From Camelus dromedarius (Eukaryota), in assembly GCF_036321535.1 (NCBI RefSeq), contig NC_087437.1:31126001-31190000 (forward strand): DNA of 64,000 nt, in the 5' to 3' direction. The notes below the pieces were generated by a model. The model was not told the DNA's origin. It saw only the letters and a program-made list of their open reading frames with translations, and made no database searches. Positions 51,905 through 64,000 of the stretch are shown here, piece by piece. Each line of letters opens with the position of its first letter. The first letter of the stretch is position 1. A program made the translations under genes and the position numbers.

Positions 51905-54699
51905 GCAGCTACATCATATCTACATCTGTAGTACATCTAACGTCTACAGTTTTTATCATCATTTGTGGGGCTTATTTGAACCTGACATAATAATAGTGAT
52001 AACTCCTCCAAATCCTATGGTGTGACAATGGAAGGTCACACAAGTCCTCCAAAATTACATATTTGAAATCTAATTTCCCCCAGCTTAATAAGCATGTGGC
52101 CCATTAGCACCAATTTAGGAGGAAGGAGCATTCTCACAGCCAACCGATATCTAATTTCTGAGCCCCTGCGACCTTCTGCCCCCTGAACGCGGTGAAGGTG
52201 AGCTCACCGGGGTGGGTAAGTCCCCAAGCCCCCGGCTTACTGGCAGGATCCGTGTGGCATCAGGTCTGGGAAGGCGCCCTGCAGGCAGCCAGAAAGAGAG
52301 GCTTGTGCTGTGGGTGTTCCTCTGGCCTCAGCTCTTTGACTGTCTTTGAGGCAGGTACTAAAGGTGGACACTTGTCTACACACAAGAGGTGCAGACGTGG
52401 GGGCAGTTATTTGCGCAGTTATTTGGAAGTGAGCAGGCTGTGGGAAACTGGAACCTGCGGGATTTTCTTTCTCTTTATTATTTTTTTTGAAAGGACTCAA
52501 GTTTATCCAAGATTTTGGCATCTTCCCATAGCCCCTCCTTCCTCCCTTCCTCCCTAAGCTTCCTTACTGTCTTCTCTCAATTATTTATAGGGTGAGGAGG
52601 GCTTGCTCTGCATAGTGCTTTGCTTGGTCCTGTGGGGGAGACAGGCGACTCAGAAGCGCTCTGCCTTGTATGTTTTATTCTGATGACCAAGTGCTGGTTC
52701 TGGTTTTGGTTATGCTTTCGGGTGTTGCTTTGCTAGTTCTTGGCAAACCTGGAAGCCTCTCAGCTAACAGTGTCTTCAACACTCTCTCCCCTCCCTGTAG
52801 AGCTGGCCTCAGCCATTAGCTGCCTTCCCCCACCTTCCGCCCCTCAGCCAGTGCCCAGGCTGCTGGCTCCTGACCCCTCTGGCCCGATTTTGATCACTGT
52901 GCTCCTTCTTGCCTCCCAGGCTGTTTATCTTCCCTGTCTTCTGAGCTATTCCTTCCGATTCCTCCCACTTCTTCCTCTTCTCATTTGACTTGTTTCCTGA
53001 TTCACATGGATCATCCCCATTGAGCTAGCTTAGTGTGAAAAAAAATAAAATTCTAATGATCTGCTTCCTCTCTGCCCACTGGTTATTTATCTCTGGGAAC
53101 AGAGATCGGCTTCAGGAACTACTTCCTTGGAGCTGAGGGTAGAAAGAAGGCATCCTAGGTTCATTCGTCCCTTTCCACTACCCTTACCCCCTCTTCAAGT
53201 TACTTCCCAACCACTGAACATCAGGTAGTATATGTGGGGAGGGCATGGAGGGTAGAGGATGAGGTTCCACAATGTAATTTAAACCTTATCTGTAGGTTAT
53301 AAAGTGTTACGATTCATGTCTGGAATGGAATTCAAAACAGTCACATGTTCTACTTGAAAATTTAATTCCTACAACTTAACTTGGGAAGAAGTGGCCAGAA
53401 CTGTTATTTTTTTTCTTCCTATCACACTGACAGAGCCGGAGTGTGTGTTCTCCTCACCCCAGCCAGCCTCTGGGAAGATACACATTTCCCTCTCTGGCTA
53501 ATCAAATTCATGTCCCAGGCGAAGCCCCACAGTCTATGAGAGCTCCCTGAGTGTCCATGAGCTGCTTGAGGTCCAGCCTCTGTCTAAACCACCTTTGTAT
53601 CCCAGCAACAAGCAGTCAGATACCTCATAGGGACTCAGCAGACATATAGGGAATGAATCAAAGTGAAGAACTTTCTCCAGCCTCCTGTAATCACTCCCTT
53701 GCTTAACTTCAGTGTACCTGGTGTCTGTACCACTCATTCAAACACTGATGTGCTGCTGACATTGTTAATTAGACACTTTAAGACAATGTTTTAGCCTTCC
53801 CATCCAGGTTCCCAGTTCCTTGAGAAGGACAATGCTTCATTTTTTCCTCCATATTTCTCTCTCATGCCTAGTACAGAGATGGCGCTCACAAATATTGTTG
53901 ATTTAAATACTGTTCCTTTTTGCTTGACAGCAGTTTCTGTTGAGAACTACACATTTAGAGAACTGATTTTGCAGAAGCCACACTTTTATTGTAAATCTGT
54001 CTATTTAAAAAACCAAAAAGGTCTGGCTTCCTTGCATTTCAAGCAGAGAGAGAAATTGTTATCAGCCAATTTGCTTAGTTTGGTTCAATCACATTTATTG
54101 AGGAGTTGCTTTGCACCTGACACTGAACTACGCAATGTTCCTGCCTCACAGGAACATTCAGAGATGGCAGGTGGAGGTGCTTGCTGTTCTCACCCATCAA
54201 CCTGAGGATAATGCTTGTCCTCACCAGCTGGCCATCAATGACCAGTGGGCAGTGTACATAGTTCCAGCCACCTGGCTTGGACCTTCCTGGGTGGTGACTT
54301 GGACCTGCTGCTTACCTAGTGCACCCCCCCTTCTGGGTGGTACCCAATTGCTGCTTCCTTTCCCATCCCTCACCCTTCTTAGGGAAACAGAAAAGATTTT
54401 GCACCAAGTTAGGTGACTTGACTCTAAAAAGTCTGCGCTATGTCTTTTCAGTAAACTTCAAACTCATCAGCTTAAGAAATAATGTGCAAAGGGGAAATAA
54501 ACCCTGGTAAGACTAATGGCAGGGATTTCAAGCTGGGTTTTAGCAAAGCAGTCACAGCGTATTCACGTGTTAATTCACTGGCATGTTCCGTGACAGAAGC
54601 ACCCCCCATCCAGCCTTCCCCCAGTTCCAACTGTTGTGCTGCGCAGGATTTGGTCTGAGTCTGGGCAGAGCCCCTCTTTGTGAGCAGCCCTCCAGCTTC

Positions 54700-55760
54700 T
54701 GCTACAGGAAGAGTCTGATGAGAGCGGTTCTCGCCTTCCCGTCCTCGCACACAAAGGCAAGAAGCTCTTTAAAGGGACCTTCCTGCTCCTCCGTGCAGCT
54801 GCAAACCCGTCTCGCTACAGACTCAGCCCTCCAGGCTTTCGCCTCAAAATGAGTGGGGAGGGGTCTTGAGGAGCCCCCACGACCTCCCGGAGTGGGGCAG
54901 GGAGGGAGCCGACCGCTGGAGTGGATGGCGACCGCAGGTCCCTGGGGAGCGGCTTGCAGTTAGCTGCTGCTTGGGATGCTCCGCGCGCCAGCAGAGCATC
55001 CTGCCTGTGGTCCAGAGGGTGCTGGCGGCGCATCTTGCGGTATGCCTGCGTGGATTTGAGCCATCGCCCAGAGGCGAGCCCGCATTCAGACAAGGCGGAC
55101 GGGCTCCTGGCTGGGCTGCGTGCAGTCAGCACGAATGCTCAGCTCCAGGCGTCTGCCCAAGCCTCCCGACTGCATGGATTTGACTGTTTAATCAACCGAG
55201 ATTACTGCCGGGGAAGATTTGCGAGCCTGATCTGCGCTCCAGCTGCTGTGACAACTTCAGGGCTGGCTGTTTACTTCTCTCGGTGCCTGGGACTTTGTCC
55301 TGCACCGCAGCCGCTCCTGCCACTTTCCCGGTTCTGAAGTCGGCGGCCAGGACTCCTCTGCCGGCATCCCCAGGGAAGGAGAGCAAGGAGGGGTTAAAAG
55401 ACGAGCAGAAACCCCCCAGCTGCTCGACCTCTCGTGACTGCCTGTGTTCTGGGGTTCTGTGTGCTGCCCGGGGAAGCAATGCAAGTCTCCATAGCCTGCA
55501 CAGAGCACAATTTGAAGAGTCGGAACGGTGAGGACCGACTTCTGAGCAAGCAGAGCTCCGCCGCCCCCAATGTGGTGAGCGCGGCCCGGGCCAAATTCCG
55601 CACGGTTGCTATCATCGCGCGCAGCCTGGGGACCTTCACCCCTCAGCACCACATCTCTCTCAAAGAGTCCACCGCAAAGCAGACTGGCATGAAATATAGG
55701 TATGGATGTCAGATTCCCTCTGCCCGGGGCTTCCCAGTTCCGTACAGGTGCAGCGGTTTT
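54700..55760 (+). promoter_or_regulatory. KCNAB1: CpG island: internal promoter and 5' UTR of the Kv-beta-1.1 transcript
   Basis: Visibly GC- and CpG-dense, non-repetitive sequence directly upstream of and across the first coding exon. The TSS cannot be read from sequence. Confidence 0.85.
55479..55699 (+). CDS. KCNAB1: First coding exon of voltage-gated K+ channel beta-1 subunit, Kv-beta-1.1 isoform (partial CDS, continues beyond the window)
   Basis: Translation MQVSIACTEHNLKSRNGEDRLLSKQSSAAPNVVSAARAKFRTVAIIARSLGTFTPQHHISLKESTAKQTGMKYR is recognisable as the Kv-beta-1.1 N-terminus. The ATG has G at -3 and there is an in-frame upstream TAA at 55395-55397. The exon is 221 nt and ends AG|GTATGG (phase-2 donor at 55700), exactly where the shared core (..KYR/NLGKSG) begins. 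Confidence 0.97.
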
Positions 55761-58700
55761 GAAAAGTGACTTACTCATTGGTGGGCTGCTTAATTTAGAA
55801 TTCTCAGGCGTCTCTCAAATAGCTTCTTAGGAAAGTGGAAAACCCAAGGTGGCTGTGTTGTGTTGTGTATAGGATTTAAAAACTGTGGCCCATTTTGTAT
55901 ATTCTGAAGTGTTATGAACACCTTAGGAGCTATAGGAATTCCAGTCCGCAGAGAATAACACAGCTGCTGGAAACTGGTATTGAGATCAGGACCGCTTTTC
56001 AGGAGCAAATATGCTTGTCCTATTTTATTATAGACTGTAGTTTCTGTGATTATACTATTAAAAACAGTTTCCCATCTAGTACCATATTCTTATTTATCTT
56101 TTGAAAGGCCAAGGTGACAAATGCTAAGTAAGCTTTTAAGGAAGTTTTGTTCCAGGGAAGAACTCCTGTCCTGGTAAGTTAGTCTGAACCCTGACATATT
56201 TAAATCTAAATTACGGCTTGAAATAAAATGCAAACCTTGTTGTGAAATATGGAGGAAAAGTCAATTGTTGTAATATTGCTGATTTCTTTAGAAATGTTTA
56301 AGCTCCCTCTTCCTCTGTGATGCCTTCCAGAGTGGGAAACCTTCCTGGTAATAGTCGATGCTCTCTTTAACAGGGAACGACTTAAATTTGACAAGTAGAA
56401 ATTTCATTATTCAATTATGTGACTTCCTGCCTCCTCATTGTATCTGCTTCGTGCTGAGTCTTCCTGACTTGATTTCTCTAAAGCTACCATGCTTCTAGTC
56501 TCTGAAGATGTTTGCATATGCAGAGAGGAGCTAACAATGCATCTTCCAAAGGCTTTGGTGACTCTAGTTTGCAGATCTGACTTTGTCTATTATTTACATG
56601 TAACTACCCCTCATCTCTGTCAGGAACAATGTTTTAGGATAGAAAGAACTTAATGCATTGAAAATCATGCACACCTAAGACTATATTTCCCATGAGAAGT
56701 TTCTGAAATAAGCATTCAAACCAATTTTCTCTGAAAGTTGTCCTTGCAAAACTTTCTTGGCAGAATTAACAGGAAAATGTCTCATTGAAAAACACCAAGC
56801 ACTGTTTTGCTGTATTTTTGAGCCATTAAGAAAGGAAGCCATGAATGGGGCTCAGGGGAGGCCCTACTAAAAATCAGAGCTAAAGCTCTTTGCCCCAACT
56901 GCAGTACAATGCAAGCAGCTGGACCCTAGGCAACTCCCTGAAGTGTCACCAATGCGAGGACCCTTTGCTCTTCCCAAAATTTCCGTGGTGGAGAGTGGGG
57001 CCCCACGACAGGTCAGTAACTAGGACCGCAGTCTGGAGTGCATTGGCTTTTTCTATCACTACTTTGTGGTACACACCCAGCCCCTGCCCCGTCAGCCTGG
57101 CGCTGCTCTGCATGCGGTTCCGCTGCCAAGATGGAGGCTGCCTTCCTGGACAGGGCCCCTGGGAACGGGACATTTAGGGTTAAGGCATATCACAGAGGTG
57201 ATTTGAATTGTGGCCTCCAGCAGCACCTTGAACTTTCTTCTTGTAAACCAGAAGAAATAAAAAGTAACACCTTTCATCTTTTGTGCCAGAGTTTCCTAGT
57301 TGTTCATGGATCATTGTATTAGAAGAGTTTGGTCTTATGAAGCCAAGAGATTTCCATTAAGGTTTTTCTGCTAATATTGACAGCTCGGCTCAGATTGGAT
57401 GATAATTGTCTCTCTTTATCAAAAGGTCAGTGTGTAAGATTCACTCGGGCACCTTTCATTCCTGGCAACTAAGGACAGCTCTTTTGTGTCAAGAAGCTAG
57501 CCATCTTTGGTCTTCAGTATATTTGGAGTTATTTGTTGTTGATAGTGACTGGACAAGTTACCTTGTTTCCACGCCCCCTCTTATTCTGAATCATTCCATC
57601 TATGACAGGCAGGTGGCTTTGTGTATATATGTGACTCAACCCCTCTCTCTTTCAAATTCTACTCAGAGTGATCTTTAGGAAAGAGATGATGAGATTATGC
57701 CAAATGTACCCTAAGACTTACCTAGGGATGGAGAAAGAAAGACAGAAGTGGGAGGGAGAGAGACTAATATACTTTATAAAAAATGACAGAAATATTTTTA
57801 TTAGCTGAGTTATTTTTTTCTTTGTCATTGATGTCACTAAAACAAAATGTGCATGTAAGGACTATTTATTAATGATAAGTAGCAAAAAATAAAAAATAAT
57901 GCCATCAAGTTGGGGAGGTAATTGGCTTGGGTAAACAATAAGGAGAATGCTTGAAGGAACTGGAATGGAAAATTGGTGGCTAATTGTGTTTATAATAATA
58001 CTCTCATTCTTGAAAATGATTTCCATAGGCATTGCTTAATCTGGGAACCATGAGCCCTTCAGAAATTCAAAAATATTGTCTTTTTGTGTGTATTTCTAAG
58101 GAGAGGGTTCATAGCTTTGATCAGAGTATAAAAGTGTTGACCACTCAAAAATTGTCAAAAAGCAGTGTTACAGAGTGCAGAGGTATTCATTTAGTCAAAT
58201 ATTGACTGAGCATCTATTCTGTATCAGGAACCTATTAGAACTGGGTACACAAATGTACAGAAACCAGACGAGGTCTGGGCCTTGCATTCTTGGGAAAACA
58301 GACTGTGAATAAGAAAACAGTCAAATACACAATAATTATCTATTGTGAGACATTTCTATGAAGCCCGTATTTGGGGGGGGGGGCTAGTCATGCCCTTGCC
58401 GACCCATTTATCCATTTTGAGGTTACCATCTCTGCTTCAGTTCCAGGGTTATGATTGCATCTTGTGGCATGAGTCAGTGTGCCCATCTCTGCCACCTATC
58501 CACCTATTTGCCATCCCAGGGACTTCTTTCAGGTTCTAACCTTGCTGTAGGGTGCAACCTGGCCATTGAGGACCTACTTATAACCCTGACAAATGAGTAG
58601 GAAGCTTTCTACTCAACTAAAACCTTATGATTTTTAAAGCCCAACTCATATCATAGCCTATAATTACCACCCATTAATCAGGAACCCATGAACCTGGGGT

Positions 58701-59569
58701 TTTAGAAAGAATTAATAGACACTTGTATGAAGCATCTGAATTCTGCAAGAATAAAATACTCAGAGCCCCTGTTACCTTCCCAGCAGCATTGTGAAAGAAT
58801 CTTGGATAAAATTAACTATTGTTTCAAGGCTGAGGATGAGAAAAAATCCATTAGAACAATCTGCCATTCAGATGTCACTGTCAGCACAAGAGAACAAGAT
58901 TCCACCTAACATTTATCTTGAGGACTGTCTTGTACGTAAATAATACAAGACTGTTGCGTTTCTTATATTTTTAATCCTTGTGCCTTGTTAACACATGAGA
59001 GGGCCTTCATTTTAGTTGTGCACGTGTTTTTAGAGTTCATCACACTGTATTAGAGTTTGATATACGCTTGTAGCCATACACGATAGCTGTATGTGAACCT
59101 TCATCCTAGGAAAGCTAAATCAATCAGAACAGAAGTTAAGCCAGATTTGTTTGGTTGTTTTTGCTTGTTTGATTGGTTGGGTGTTTTTTTCTTTTCTTTT
59201 CTTTTTCATAACTTTTTAGAATGATCCAGCTACTAGTGTTAGGCGTGATCTTAGAGATTTTGTCATTCAGAACGGAGCACGTTTGTACTGATAAGCTACC
59301 CATCATTCTAAAATTGTTACTTTAGTTCTAGAACAAGTTGAATACCAATAAACCCAATTTCATCAAGAAAAATTTTATCTGTAACATAAACATTTATAGC
59401 AATATAACCTTGTGTTGTATAGTTACATAAAACATGCTTTGAAATTCTTAAGAGAGTTCTTTACAAGAAGGAATATCTGAGCAGTAATCTTTAAATTCCA
59501 CTTAAAAAAAATTCCTGTTTTTCCAGTTTTTGGAGTTAATCCACTTCACCATTTTTGTCATCATTCAAA

Positions 59570-60170
59570 TTTTTTATTGAAATAATTATAGATCACAGGA
59601 GTTCACACACACTAACACACACGAAAAGTACAGGGAATTTCTGTGTACCCTTAATCATGTTTTCTCCAGTGGTAACATCTTGCATAACTATAGCACAACA
59701 TCAAAACTAGCAACGACATTGGTACAATCCACAGAATTTATTCAGATTTTACCAGTTATGCATGTATTCATGTGTGTGCATGTTCCTATGTCTGTGCAAC
59801 TTTACCACATGTAGACGTTTGTGTAACCACAATGACAATGAAGAATTAGACTTGCTTCAACACCACAAGGCTCCCTCGTACTACCTCTTTACAGCCATAT
59901 CCACATACTCTTCCCTAAGCCATGGCCACCACTAATCTGTGATCCATCTCTATAGTTTTGTTGTTTCAGAGCATTATATAAATGGGATCATTCAGTTTAT
60001 AGTATTTTGGGATTGGCTTTTTTCCATTCAGCATAACTCTCTTGAGACTCACCCAAATTGTTGTGTGTATCAATAGCTCATTCCTTCTTCTTGCTGAGTA
60101 GTTGTTCATCATATAGATGTCTCACAGTATTTTTAACCATTCATTCACTGAAGGACAGTCAGGTTGTTGT
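59570..60170 (-). mobile_element. Ancient LINE-1 (L1M-type) 3' end
   Basis: ttattgaaataattatagatcacagg..gtggtaacatcttgcataactatagcacaa..ccaccactaatctg..ttggcttttttccattcagcataa. Confidence 0.8.
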
Positions 60171-60189
60171 CATCATTAGATAACTTCAA

Positions 60190-61290
60190 ATGACAACGTC
60201 ATTCCCAGATTCCTTCAGTGCCATTCAGTAGCTCAGGGGATAAAATCCAAACTATCTAACATGGCACCTGAGGTCCTTCATGGTCTGGCTTCCATCATGT
60301 TTTCCAGTCACCACTCTTTGTTCTCACTTTATCTCTGACCACGTGCTTTATCAGAAATACCTACTTGAGAGAGGACTCTGGAACTTCTTGGGTTCTTATG
60401 CCTCTGTATCATTTTCCATGCTGGTCCTTCTACCCTGGAATTCTCCTACCTCACTTGATTAGCCAGGCAAGCTCCTGTGCATCCTCCAAGACCCAACTCT
60501 AGCATCACCTTCCCTGTGAAATCTTCCCTGGCTCTACCCCATATAGCATACTTGTTCTTTAGCATCCCCACTGCATCTGGTTCTTACCTCTGTTATGAAA
60601 ATTATTGATTGCATAGCATTGCTATTACCCATTTGCATCTGTATCTACCCCATTAATCTGTGAGCAGCTTGAGGTTTGAATTTTGCTCATCTCAGCGACC
60701 CCAAAGTCTAACCTGGCACCTGGCACACAACAGCTACTCAATACACGCTTGGAAAATGAATGACTACACATGTGGAACACTATATTAAATGCTGGGGATA
60801 CAAAGCGAGTGTCCTCTCTTGAGTGTTTACAGTTGAGTGTGATTAGATATCTACACAGAAAGGCTGTGTGTGTTAAGTGATACAAGGAACACCTGTGACT
60901 CTAGTTTGAGGCACCATCATTCACCAGGGGCCATCAGACTCAGGGAGAGGTTTCATGAGAAAGATCAGTGAAGTTCAATACTGAGAAAGGAGAAGGACCA
61001 AGATGTGAGCAGGGAGGAGGAGGAGAGCAGGCTGCTGCAGGAGGGGGGCAGCTGGTCCCCAAGGCTGTGCATGGAGTGCTAACAATGAAACAGGGCAGAG
61101 GGTTCAGGCAGGGAAGGGGCGAGGGAGAACATCTTGTAGAGGCAGAGGAGTCAGATGTGGTACCTTGGATGTCAGGGTTACCCATGTAGAATAAGGTGAT
61201 TATTAGCAATGGAGGAACCATTTCAGATTTTTGAACAAGGTGTCTGGTTACAAAGTCCTGTTAAGAAGGAATTAATCTGGCAGTTCAAAA
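60190..61290. mobile_element. Two adjacent LINE-2 fragments in opposite orientation
   Basis: The + copy ends cctggcacacaacagctactcaata..atgaatga (about 60763). It is followed by a purine-rich minus-strand L2 body. Confidence 0.55.
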
Positions 61291-61998
61291 AAAAAAAAAT
61301 CCCTGAGTTGTAAGTTTGAAACAAGAGAATTTGTGTGGAATTCCATAGCACTCTTTATCTTCCTACTGAGAGTCAAGACTACATAGAAAAGACTCAGACC
61401 AGATGCCTTTCCCAGGTCCTTCTTTCCACAGCCTCTTTGTTAAAGCACACGTCTCATCCACGGTTCTTTACCTCCCACGAGTAGTGGGCAGATTTTGAAT
61501 CAAAGCAATTGAAGTGAAAGATCAATCTTGTCAGCCGATTACGTAAAAGGCACTGAGTGTGTGCGTGTGTGTGTGCGCTCGCGAGCCTCCGTATGGGGAA
61601 AAGTGGGAGGAAATAGGTGGGCTGAAGAGAAGGAAGGGGAGAAGTGCCAGCTCTTTTGCTGTGTTTCAAATAGAAATATTTGATTTTAGTCCAGAGAAGA
61701 GAGCAGCTTGGTTATTTAAGATGCCATTTTTTTGTGGTGAAGAATGCCGTTGTGATTTTCACTTCCACCCCTGGGTGTGGGCTTTCCTCTCTTCCTCAAA
61801 GCAAAATGGTGAGAACAGGGAGGTGGAGAAACCTTCCTGAAAATTAGTTGCTGACTCAATCTCATAGAGTTTATTCCACCTCTGCAAGGCACCAGCCAGA
61901 AGTCTGGCATCCATGGGATGGTGAGAAAAATGGTAGGAGGGGAGGGCGCCTCCCAGAAGTTGTTAGGCAAACGTCAGACCAGTTCCATGGCTCTGGAA

Positions 61999-62018
61999 GT
62001 GTGTGTGTGTGTGTGTGT
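61999..62018. repeat. (GT)n microsatellite
   Basis: Direct reading. Confidence 0.9.
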
Positions 62019-64000
62019 TTGTATGTGTACATGTGTGTACATACATACAAGTGAAGGACTCTATCTATCCAAAGTGTTTGCAGAAGCAGCTCGTCTTCTT
62101 GCTGAGGTCTTCAGTTGGGTTGCTGCAGATGAAGCTCTTAATTTGAAATCCATTCAGTGACCCTCTTTAGAAGTGCGCTCATTTTATAGCAATTCCTTTT
62201 TTAAAATTTTCTGTAAACATTTGCATTTGTGGTAATTTGAGAAATGTTCTGAGAGAAGGAGAAAAAAGTCCCATCACATTAAAAAGGAAAATCACATTCA
62301 TAAATCTCACTTTGATTTTCCAAATTTACTTTATCAATTCATAGTTTTTCATTAGTATACTAATCATGAACAGATGAGACTTGGGTCCAGTGAATCTGAT
62401 TAAATATAGGACTCTTGGTTTCTCTGAATATTCTTCAAAACTTTTCTAGGAGAGAATACCACTTCATGAGAAGAATTGAATTTACAAGCATTGATTCATA
62501 CTTGTCCTTACAAGAATTTCAAAGCCATTCTGATAGTCATCAGACATAGTAAAAAATGATTTGATGTTGCAAATTAATTACTTTGTATGCTTAAAAATAT
62601 TTCAAAGACCAGCTTTCCACTCTTCAGAATTAGAAAAATAGAGTGGTAGAGACTGAAGGATTTAAGGCAAAAGTCTTTAAATTTCCATTTCACTATTGAG
62701 AATCTCAATCCTACATAATCACTAGAAACAAATGAGTTAGCAGTGGATGTCAGCACTGAGGCAACTTTAGATTCCATCTAGTTCAGTGACATCATTTTAC
62801 ACGGAATGACCAGTTCCTTGGTCGGAGTTACTCAAGGAACTAATAAAAGGATCAAGACCAAACTCAGGTCTCCTGACTCCAAGAGCAGGGTTCCTTTTGC
62901 TTCTTTAGCATCTACACTCCAGCTTCTGGGTTATGCCCCATTTTTTAACACAGGAAAGAAGCACAGTGCATGAAACGCTTCTAGAAGGGACAATTCCCTT
63001 CTCTACGTATGCACCGTCTGCAATTCAAGCTTTTGTCTCTAGAAGAAACAGAGCCCTGCTGTGCACTAAGAGAGCCAGCCCGCTTTCTTCATCTCCTGTG
63101 GAGTCGTGAGGACCCCAAAGTGCCCCCTCGGCATCTCTCCAATTATGCATGTTCTGAAGCTGGACATAAATTAACTTCCAGATGAAAGTGTGCTTGGTGT
63201 CAGTTTCTAAAGAACTGGTGTCTCAGAAAGCGATCGACAAACACATGGGCACAGATGATTGGACAGGGCTGCACGTCAACCCTGGTTGTGAAATGTTCAT
63301 TGGGGCACCAGCACTGAACACACTTCACTCTCCTCTCTGCTTTTAGAGATTACTTTGAGAACTTGCTCCTGAGTCAGAATCCAAATACCTTTAAAAATCC
63401 TCATTGCAGGTTGATTTGCAGTTACTCAGATTGGAAACCAAAACAGAAGCCCAGCAGTGATTTTTTTTTTTTCTTGGAATCGACAACTAGGGAGGACTCT
63501 GAGAGCACTTGCACAGGCCATCTGGTCCAGCCCTCATGAGAAATCTGTCCTGCTTTTCCAATTTGCACTGTGCAGCAACTACTTGTAAAGGCCCCTGAAG
63601 AAATATTGTGTGATCTCCTTTCACAGAAGTCATGAAAATAAATGTGGCTCTTCCTTCTAAGAATTAGAATCACTCATTAATCTTTGAAATCCTCAGAGGA
63701 AGCAATAAAGTGAAGGCTTTTTCGAATTCTTGTCTATTGTCTGTACCCAAAGTAAGACAGGCTGGAAAATGATGACAGCAGACTGAGAGGCAAGAAAGCA
63801 CAGGCCCAGCAGTCGGGCAAGAGAGGCGCACAGTGGGGAGCCCGAGACCCCAACCTCCTGTTCACACCTGGGGAGGGAGATTCCTTCCCATTCTGGTCGC
63901 AGCACGTGCTCCCCTGGCCTGGCTGCTAAGCCACCCAAGAGTCAAAAACCACTTCACCGGGAGAAAATTCCCTCTTGCAATCAACTCAGCTCCTTGCAAG

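Larger units (their letters stand above)
55700..64000 (+). other. KCNAB1: Start of the KCNAB1 intron after the Kv-beta-1.1 first exon
   Basis: GTATGG donor at 55700. No NLGKSGLRVSCLGLG core exon was seen in the remaining sequence. Confidence 0.85.

Noticed and set aside
55434..55478. GTG-initiated 15-aa N-terminal extension in the ORF track
   Set aside because: The known protein starts MQVSIAC at 55479, and a free N-terminus matters for ball function. There is no evidence for use of the GTG.
55642..55660. Possible REST/NRSE site (ctcagcacc)
   Set aside because: Only the left half-site is present, with no GGACAG half, and it lies in coding sequence.
55257..55778. 173-aa ORF antisense to the KCNAB1 exon
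   Set aside because: Expected shadow ORF of a GC-rich coding exon.

Overview
Mammalian genomic DNA. The tRNA-derived SINE and the young L1 3' UTRs point to a camelid (inference). The only recognisable protein-coding segment is the first coding exon of the Kv-beta-1.1 isoform of KCNAB1 (55479-55699, +). It encodes the N-type inactivation peptide, lies in a CpG island and ends at a GT donor. From the known KCNAB1 layout, the rest of the window is probably intronic: the long first intron of the upstream isoforms, then the start of the Kv-beta-1.1 intron. It is filled with L1, L2, MIR, MaLR/ERVL LTRs, MER5 and microsatellites. I found no convincing new protein-coding system, and nearly all listed ORFs are noise or L1 ORF2 remnants. 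The best candidates for follow-up are: (1) an unexplained CpG-rich promoter-like island with a splice donor at about 7.1-7.7 kb; (2) a nested L1 that appears to carry a 3' transduction; (3) a TSD-flanked insertion carrying non-L1 sequence; (4) two twin-primed, 5'-inverted L1 insertions. Repeat family names come from recalled consensus sequences, and boundaries of old repeats are approximate.
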